Assembly (NCBI GenBank): GCA_041664285.1 | Contig: JBAYLA010000001.1 | Coordinates: forward strand, 68,889 to 132,888 | Length of the DNA stretch: 64,000 nucleotides | DNA from: Minisyncoccota bacterium | GTDB lineage: Bacteria; Patescibacteriota; Minisyncoccia; Phycocordibacterales; UBA9973 | Direction: 5' to 3' | Shown: piece after piece, positions 57,988 to 64,000 of the stretch | Layout: every line of letters starts with the position of its first letter | Numbering within the stretch: position 1 is the first letter of the stretch | Made by a program: the position numbers and the translations under genes | The notes under the pieces: model-generated | What the model saw: the letters and a program-made list of their open reading frames with translations, nothing else | What the model was told of the DNA's origin: nothing | Database searches by the model: none

Positions 57988-59772
57988 TTGTCTTGTTTTT
58001 ATATGGAAAAAGATTATTCAAACTTGCACCTTAAATTGGTGCTTAAATATTTTTGGCAAGTGATTAGACGCTTTAAGTGGTCATTTTTCACAGTACTTAT
58101 TGCTACTACGCTCTTTTCTGTCCTAGATGTTTATATCCCATTTCAATTCTTAAAACTCTGGAATGTCTTAAGTACTAATAATTTTTCTTTTATCTCAACG
58201 GCTAGATCGATAATTATTTTAATATTTATTTTAGGATTCTTCCGTTTTATTCTTGCTAGAATTTCCGGATTTTCTCTTGCATATTTTGAAGCAGAAACTA
58301 TGGCTGGTCTCAGAGAGCAAGCTTTCTCTTATATGATTGGCCATCCTTATTCTTTTTTTGCAAATAATTTTGTAGGGTCATTAACTCAAAAGATAAACAA
58401 ATATGCTCGTGCCTTCGAAAGGCTAACTGACCGAATGGTTGCCGATGGTTTACCGCTTGTTGTTCGCAGTGCCAGTATGTTTATTGCTGTTTATTCCTTG
58501 TTTCCCAAATATGCCTATATTTTAGGAATTTTCTGTTTAGTTTTTTTATTGACTGCACTTATTTATATTAAATTTAAAATTAAATATGATGTGATTGCTG
58601 CTTTAGCTGATACTAGAACTACCGGAGTTTTAGCGGATGCCATCGGCAACCATTCTTCCATTCAAATTTTTACTGGTCATAAGTATGAAGAAGATCGTAC
58701 TGGAGAAATAATTCAAAAACAAAGAAAGGCGACTGTCTTCAATTGGTTTTTGTGGGAGGGTCTTAACGCTATCCAAAGCTTTTATTCGTTAGCTATCGGG
58801 CCTCTAGTTTTATGGATTGCTTTGAATGATTGGGAACTTGGTATTGTTACTGTACCTTTCATGGTGCTTTTGCAAAGTTACCTAGTTCGCTTGATTGATA
58901 ATTTATGGAGTTTTGGGGGCATAGTTCGCACTTTTTATGATAGTTTTGCTGATGCTCAAGAAATGGCCATTATTCTCAACACACAGTATGAGATTATTGA
59001 TAAAACAGAAAAAGTTGCTAAAAGTATAAAAGGGGAAGTTGCTTTTAATAATGTAACCTATGTTTATAAAAACAATAATAATAAAATATTAAACGATTTT
59101 TCTCTAACCATACCACCCGGACAAAAAATCGCTATTGTCGGTTCATCTGGTTCCGGAAAAACTACCATCGTTCGTCTTTTGATGAGATTTTTTGATATTA
59201 CTTCTGGGGAAATTACAATTGATAGAATCAATATCAGTAAAATTTCTCAAAAAAATCTTCGAGAACAAATTGCTTTTGTTCCACAAGACCCAGTGCTCTT
59301 TCACCGTACGCTAATGGAAAATATACGTTATGGTAGGAGAGACGCTACCGATGAAGAAGTTTTAAAAGCTGCTACTCTTGCGCACTGTGATGAATTTATT
59401 GATTCTTTGCCATTTGGTTATGAAACGTATGTAGGAGAACGTGGAGTAAAGCTCTCTGGTGGCGAGCGCCAGAGGGTGGCTATTGCTCGTGCCATTATTA
59501 AAAATGCTCCAATTCTGATTTTAGATGAAGCAACTTCTTCGCTTGATTCTCATTCTGAAGCTTTGATTCAAGATGCCTTAACAAAACTGATTGCTGGTAA
59601 AACAACTATTGTCATTGCTCATCGACTTTCTACTATTAGACAAATGGATAGAATTATTGTGCTCGATAAAGGAAAAATAGTTGAAGATGGAGTTCATGAC
59701 GAATTGGCCAATAAAAAAGATGGATTTTATAAAAAATTATGGGATCTTCAAGCAGGAGGATTTTTAGATTAA
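57988..59772 (+). CDS. ABC exporter, fused permease/ATPase (MsbA-like)
   Basis: Six TM helices, Walker A GSSGSGKTT, signature LSGGERQRVAIARA, and Walker B ILILDEATS. Confidence 0.85.
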   Translation: MSCFYMEKDYSNLHLKLVLKYFWQVIRRFKWSFFTVLIATTLFSVLDVYIPFQFLKLWNVLSTNNFSFISTARSIIILIFILGFFRFILARISGFSLAYFEAETMAGLREQAFSYMIGHPYSFFANNFVGSLTQKINKYARAFERLTDRMVADGLPLVVRSASMFIAVYSLFPKYAYILGIFCLVFLLTALIYIKFKIKYDVIAALADTRTTGVLADAIGNHSSIQIFTGHKYEEDRTGEIIQKQRKATVFNWFLWEGLNAIQSFYSLAIGPLVLWIALNDWELGIVTVPFMVLLQSYLVRLIDNLWSFGGIVRTFYDSFADAQEMAIILNTQYEIIDKTEKVAKSIKGEVAFNNVTYVYKNNNNKILNDFSLTIPPGQKIAIVGSSGSGKTTIVRLLMRFFDITSGEITIDRINISKISQKNLREQIAFVPQDPVLFHRTLMENIRYGRRDATDEEVLKAATLAHCDEFIDSLPFGYETYVGERGVKLSGGERQRVAIARAIIKNAPILILDEATSSLDSHSEALIQDALTKLIAGKTTIVIAHRLSTIRQMDRIIVLDKGKIVEDGVHDELANKKDGFYKKLWDLQAGGFLD

Positions 59773-59786
59773 AAATAAAAAACTTT

Positions 59787-61613
59787 ATGGATTTAAAACA
59801 CATTAGAAATTTTTCAATCATTGCTCATATAGACCATGGTAAAAGTACTTTGGCGGATAGAATGCTTGAGATTACCCACACAATAGAAACTCGTAAAATG
59901 CGAGATCAAGTATTGGATTCTATGGACCTTGAACGTGAAAGAGGAATTACCATTAAAATGCAACCTGTAAGAATGGAATACGAATTTAATGGAGAAAAAT
60001 ATATTTTAAATCTTATCGATACTCCGGGGCATATAGACTTTTCTTATGAGGTTTCTCGAGCTTTAAAGGCTGTAGAAGGCTCTATTTTGCTTGTAGACTC
60101 AACTCAGGGGGTACAAGCACAGACGCTTACAACACTCGCTATGGCACGCAGTAGTGGTCTTAAAATCATTCCTGTGCTATCTAAGATCGATTCTCCTTTG
60201 GCTAGGGTGGAAGAAATAAAAGAAGAAGTTGTAAATCTTTTGAATTGTGATCCAGATGAAATTTTACTAGTTTCTGGGCGAACAGGTGAAGGAGTATCTA
60301 AACTTTTACAGGAAGTTATAAAACAAGTACCAGAACCAAAAGAAACATGCTCACAAAAGGAAAATGAAATGGGTCAAGGCACTAGTAGCTTACGTGCATT
60401 AGTATTTGATTTTAAATATTCAAATCATCGAGGAGTAATAGTTTTTGTGCGGGTGTTTGATGGGAAAGTTAGGAAGGGCGATAATTTAGTTTTTGCAGTT
60501 TCTGGCGAGAAATTCATTGCTCTTGAAGTGGGAACTTTTTCTCCAGAAGAAACTTCTCGCGACTTCCTTTCCTCTGGAGAGACAGGGTATATCGTGACTG
60601 GTATCAAGAAACCTGGTATTGCCTCGGTCGGAGATACTATCACCATGTTCAAAAATCCATTACCAGCTTTTCCAGGTTATATGCAACCGATGCCAGTAGT
60701 CTGGGCTTCTGTTTTTCCAGAAGATGCAGATGATTTTGCGGAATTAAAACTTGCTTTAGGAAAATTAAAACTTTCCGACTCAGCTTTTTCTTATGAAGAA
60801 GAATCAAGTGGATCTTTAGGTCGGGGATTTAGGTGTGGGTTTTTAGGAATGCTTCATTTAGAAATTATTACCGAGAGGTTGAAGCGCGAATTTAATTTGG
60901 AATTGGTTATTACCACACCTTCCATCACTTATGAGGTTTTATTAAAAAATGGGAAAAAAGAAAAAGTTTACTCTCCATTTCATTTCCCTGATGATGGTCT
61001 AATAGAGAATGTTTTTGAGCCTTGGGTAAACTTGAAGATTATTACTCCTGTTCAATATGTAGGGAACGTTATGCAACTTCTTTTTGATCACGAGGGAGAG
61101 GTGGGTGATACAGAGAATTTTGGAGATAGTCGTTCTACTATTTCTGTGAAAATGCCCCTTCGAGAGCTGATGCGAAATTTTTTCGATGAATTGAAAAGTG
61201 TTTCTTCTGGTTATGCTTCTATCTCTTATGAAATAGGGGAATTACGGGAGGCCAATGTTACCAGACTTGATTTGCTAGTAGCGGATGAAGTGGTGCCGGC
61301 TTTTTCTCGGGTGGTGGCTAAAAAAAGAGCCGAAGTTGAAGCAGAGAATGCAGTTTTAAAATTGGACGAATTATTACCGAGACAAATGTTCACTTTAAAA
61401 ATCCAAGGTCGTGCACTTGGACGTATTATTTCTTCTCGCACGAAATCCGGTATGAAAAAGGATGTGACTCAGCATATGTACGGAGGTGACATCACCCGTA
61501 AAATGAAACTTCGAGAAAAGCAGAAAAAAGGAAAGAAAAAGATGAAGGAAAGAGGTAGAGTAAATATTCCTCAAGATGTATTTTTGAAAATGATGCGTGC
61601 TGGAGATAAATAG
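59787..61613 (+). CDS. lepA: elongation factor 4
   Basis: IRNFSIIAHIDHGKSTLADR, DTPGHIDF and the LepA-specific C-terminal domain. Confidence 0.9.
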   Translation: MDLKHIRNFSIIAHIDHGKSTLADRMLEITHTIETRKMRDQVLDSMDLERERGITIKMQPVRMEYEFNGEKYILNLIDTPGHIDFSYEVSRALKAVEGSILLVDSTQGVQAQTLTTLAMARSSGLKIIPVLSKIDSPLARVEEIKEEVVNLLNCDPDEILLVSGRTGEGVSKLLQEVIKQVPEPKETCSQKENEMGQGTSSLRALVFDFKYSNHRGVIVFVRVFDGKVRKGDNLVFAVSGEKFIALEVGTFSPEETSRDFLSSGETGYIVTGIKKPGIASVGDTITMFKNPLPAFPGYMQPMPVVWASVFPEDADDFAELKLALGKLKLSDSAFSYEEESSGSLGRGFRCGFLGMLHLEIITERLKREFNLELVITTPSITYEVLLKNGKKEKVYSPFHFPDDGLIENVFEPWVNLKIITPVQYVGNVMQLLFDHEGEVGDTENFGDSRSTISVKMPLRELMRNFFDELKSVSSGYASISYEIGELREANVTRLDLLVADEVVPAFSRVVAKKRAEVEAENAVLKLDELLPRQMFTLKIQGRALGRIISSRTKSGMKKDVTQHMYGGDITRKMKLREKQKKGKKKMKERGRVNIPQDVFLKMMRAGDK

Positions 61614-61620
61614 GGTAAAT

Positions 61621-61719
61621 AAAAAAACACCTTTTTAGGGTACAGATTTTTTGAAGCTTAAAAAATCCTGAAGTTTGCTCGCCGACGCTCGCAAAACCCC
61701 CAAAAAAGGTGTTTTTTTA
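61621..61719. repeat. copy 2 of the ~70-nt element, here bounded by perfect 16-nt inverted repeats
   Basis: aaaaaaacaccttttt ... aaaaaaggtgttttttt enclose gggtacagattttttgaagcttaaaaaatcctgaagtttgctcgccgacgctcgcaaaaccccc. Confidence 0.55.
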
Positions 61720-61847
61720 TTTACCTAAAAATCGGAGAGTAAAGCAAGATCATACTGATAATAATTAGCACACTGACTACTGCCCAAGTGATTTGTATTT
61801 TCTTTTGATGTTTTTTATTAAAAAGCATACAATAAGTATAACACAAA

Positions 61848-62222
61848 ATGAGAAATTTAGAAAAGAAAAGGGGTTGGAGAAATATAGTACAATCAAAACC
61901 ATTTTTGATACTTTTTGGCGTGGTTCTCGTAATTTTTTCCTGGAATGTTTTTAATTTTTGGAATAAAATGCAAGAAACTAGTAAAAATAAAAAAATAATT
62001 GAAGATAAAGTTACTACTCTAAAACAACAAAAAGAGAATATTTCAGAAGAAATAAATAGTTTAAATACTGATCAAGGCAAAGAGAAATTCTTTAGGGAAA
62101 ATCTAGGTTTAGTAAAAGAGGGAGAAAATGTAACGATAGTTGTAGAGGACAAAAATCCACTCGAAGCTCCAAAAGAGGCCTCCTCTTCGTTTTTCTCCTT
62201 TTTAAAGAATTTGTTTAAATGA
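61848..62222 (+). CDS. septum formation initiator-like protein (FtsB/DivIC family)
   Basis: N-terminal TM followed by a coiled coil (TTLKQQKENISEEINSLN). Confidence 0.4.
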   Translation: MRNLEKKRGWRNIVQSKPFLILFGVVLVIFSWNVFNFWNKMQETSKNKKIIEDKVTTLKQQKENISEEINSLNTDQGKEKFFRENLGLVKEGENVTIVVEDKNPLEAPKEASSSFFSFLKNLFK

Positions 62223-62239
62223 TATGTTATAATTTTTAT

Positions 62240-63160
62240 ATGGATAATAAAAATAGTTTAAAACAAAAGATTGCAGTAATTGGGGCCGGGGCAGTGGGTT
62301 CAACCGTGGCTTATACGCTAATGGTTAAAAATTTAGCATCTGAAATTATCTTGGTAGATATAAATGAAGAAAAGGTTAAGGGTGAAGTTATGGATATTAA
62401 TGATGGGTTGTCTTTCTCTGAAACACAAAACGTAAAAATTGGAAGTTATAAAGATGTTGCCGATGCGGACATTATAATTTTAACAGCTGGGGTGGCACAA
62501 AAACCAGGAGAAACTAGACTTGATTTAGTAGCAAAAAATAAAAGTATTATTACTTCAATTTTTAAAGAAATAGGACAAATAAAATCATCAACTATTATAA
62601 TTGTTGTCAGTAATCCAGTGGACATTATCGCTTATCTCGTGCAGGAAATTTCTGGATTACCAAAAAATCAAGTTTTTGGAACTGGGATGGGATTAGATTC
62701 AGCTAGACTGCGTTCCAATTTAGCTAAACGTTTTAATATTGAAAGTGAGCAAGTTGAAGGTTTTGTTATTGGTGAGCATGGCGATAGTGAATTTGTAGCA
62801 TGGAGTACTGTTAGTATCGGAGGAAAGATGGTCAAAGATATGCTTCAAGAAGAAGAAATGAATAGTATTGAAGAAACTGTAAAAAAAGAAGCTTATGAAA
62901 TAATCAATCGAAAAGGAGCAACTTATTATGGGATAGCGATGGTTGTGGCAGATGTTGTTGAAGCTATCATATTTAATCAGAATAAAATTATTCCTGTTTC
63001 TTCTCGTTTAAATAACTGGAACGAAGTTGATAATATTTGTTTAGGAACTCCAGCAGTTATTGGAAACACGGGGGTGGTTAAACTTTGGCCCATAGAATTA
63101 AATCCAATAGAAAAAGAAAAATTAAAAAAATCAGCCGAAATAATCAGACAATATCTTTAA
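62240..63160 (+). CDS. ldh: L-lactate dehydrogenase
   Basis: KIAVIGAGAVGST, AGVAQKPGETRLDL (Gln at the substrate-specificity position), IVVSNPVD and IGEHGDSEF. Confidence 0.8.
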   Translation: MDNKNSLKQKIAVIGAGAVGSTVAYTLMVKNLASEIILVDINEEKVKGEVMDINDGLSFSETQNVKIGSYKDVADADIIILTAGVAQKPGETRLDLVAKNKSIITSIFKEIGQIKSSTIIIVVSNPVDIIAYLVQEISGLPKNQVFGTGMGLDSARLRSNLAKRFNIESEQVEGFVIGEHGDSEFVAWSTVSIGGKMVKDMLQEEEMNSIEETVKKEAYEIINRKGATYYGIAMVVADVVEAIIFNQNKIIPVSSRLNNWNEVDNICLGTPAVIGNTGVVKLWPIELNPIEKEKLKKSAEIIRQYL

Positions 63161-63161
63161 A

Positions 63162-64000
63162 ATGGAAACGAGATGGATTAAAAACTTTGACGATTTAGCG
63201 ACGACCGTAAATCGTAAAATGGCTTTAGAAATAGCTGAAGCTGGATTTGAGTCTATCAGTACTGGAATAGTAATAAAAGATAAAATAAAACTGGATAATA
63301 ATATTTTATTCATCAATAATGAGAGTTTCGATTTAACTAAATTTAAAAATATAAAAGTAGTTGGCTTTGGAAAGTCTTCTGGAGAGGCAGCCTTAGCCCT
63401 AGAGAATATTTTAGAATCTAGAATTAAAGAAGGGGCGGTGATTGGTTTAGACAAAGTCTCTACCAAATACATTGAAACTTTTGCTGGTACGCATCCGCGA
63501 GCGTCTGAAGCCAATGTGGCTGCGGGAAATAAAATATATGAAATAATCAAAGATTCTACTGAAGAAGATTTAATCATTGTGCTAGTTTCTGGTGGGGGAT
63601 CAGCCCTGCTGTGCTATCCAGAAAGTGAATACAAACAAGGGGCAAAACTATACGAAGCCTTTTTGAAAACAGGCGGAACAATTTCTGAAATGAACACAAT
63701 TAGAAAACATTTATCTTTAGTAAAAGGTGGTGGTTTGGCGAAAATCGCTTATCCTGCGACCGTTATTGGGATTATTTTTTCAGATGTTCCTGGGGATGCT
63801 TTTGAAGATGTGGCTTCTGGTCCGACTTATAAGGACATCACGACCATAGAAGAGGTCAAGAAAATTATCAATAAAAATAATTTAGGGGAATTTGATTTAA
63901 TAGAAACACCTAAAGAAGATAAATATTTTGAAAAAGTGCATAATTTTGTTTTAGTTTCCAATAAAACAGCCGTCGAAGCGATGGCAAAAAAAGCAGAAGA
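63162..64000 (+). CDS. glycerate kinase, MOFRL family (partial, continues past window end)
   Basis: IIVLVSGGGSALLCYP is the MOFRL/DUF4147 G-loop, plus VKGGGLAKIAYPA. Confidence 0.65.
   Translation, partial: METRWIKNFDDLATTVNRKMALEIAEAGFESISTGIVIKDKIKLDNNILFINNESFDLTKFKNIKVVGFGKSSGEAALALENILESRIKEGAVIGLDKVSTKYIETFAGTHPRASEANVAAGNKIYEIIKDSTEEDLIIVLVSGGGSALLCYPESEYKQGAKLYEAFLKTGGTISEMNTIRKHLSLVKGGGLAKIAYPATVIGIIFSDVPGDAFEDVASGPTYKDITTIEEVKKIINKNNLGEFDLIETPKEDKYFEKVHNFVLVSNKTAVEAMAKKAE

Noticed and set aside
63131-63577. 148-aa minus-strand ORF
   Set aside because: Antisense to the glycerate kinase gene, which has clear MOFRL motifs.
1-64000. Alternative genetic code (UGA or UAG reassignment), considered because of the in-frame TAG in GH130
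   Set aside because: TGA terminates pgl exactly at the zwf start overlap, and TAG terminates several well-conserved genes at their expected ends. This is code 11.
1-64000. CRISPR arrays
   Set aside because: No regularly spaced direct repeats of 24-48 nt found. The only tandem repeats are coding.

Overview
The window is AT-rich and gene-dense, with short intergenic regions. Most promoters look like an extended -10 box (TGnTATAAT) only 6-10 nt upstream of the ATG, which implies leaderless mRNAs. This combination, plus many small secreted or membrane hypothetical proteins next to housekeeping genes, is reminiscent of a reduced Patescibacteria/CPR-like genome, but that is an inference. Standard genetic code 11 applies, because TGA (pgl) and TAG (several genes) both terminate clearly homologous ORFs. 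All identifications are from motifs read directly in the ORF translations and nucleotide sequence; no database search was possible.

Contents, in order along the window:
- Transport, RNA and oxidative pentose phosphate: an MFS transporter, tRNA-Gln, and pgl-zwf (oxidative pentose phosphate pathway).
- Envelope: a diacylglycerol kinase and a thioredoxin-like/DsbB-like disulfide-bond pair.
- Cobalamin: a cobalamin-riboswitch-like structured leader (minus strand) in front of a DUF4430 (transcobalamin-like) secreted protein.
- Polyamines: a polyamine block made of a PLP decarboxylase, agmatinase and a convergent deoxyhypusine-synthase-like gene.
- RNA genes and wall: RNase P RNA with its own terminator, then MltG.
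- Redox: tRNA-Ala, superoxide dismutase and an FMN reductase.
- Hypothetical envelope proteins: a long run of hypothetical envelope proteins that includes two tandem small-membrane paralogs and a cysK remnant.
- Sigma factors and surface proteins: rsgA, an ECF sigma factor broken by a frameshift in an A6 run, a DUF3494 (ice-binding-like) surface protein with a Ser/Thr-rich anchored partner, a PAS protein, and a sigma-70 family gene that ends before region 4.2.
- tRNA-Asn.
- Sugar-phosphate block: a cytidylyltransferase-like protein, a phosphohexomutase and three tandem GH130 glycoside-phosphorylase paralogs. The middle GH130 copy carries an in-frame TAG and reads through into the third copy.
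- Translation and replication: hpf, fmt, def, hisS, lepB, pth and dnaE.
- Central carbon: gap, rpiB, an rpe-like gene, split transketolase and a PfkB kinase.
- End of window: a lamin-tail-domain surface protein, an ABC exporter, lepA, an FtsB-like protein, ldh and a partial glycerate kinase.

The hunt findings are:
- the riboswitch/DUF4430 pair;
- the GH130 tandem with its in-frame stop and fusion;
- the two damaged sigma-factor genes;
- a roughly 70-nt element present in two copies, one bounded by perfect 16-nt inverted repeats;
- a shared upstream motif in front of several minus-strand genes;
- a tRNA-Ala 3' fragment repeat;
- a coding 42-nt tandem repeat;
- gene remnants.
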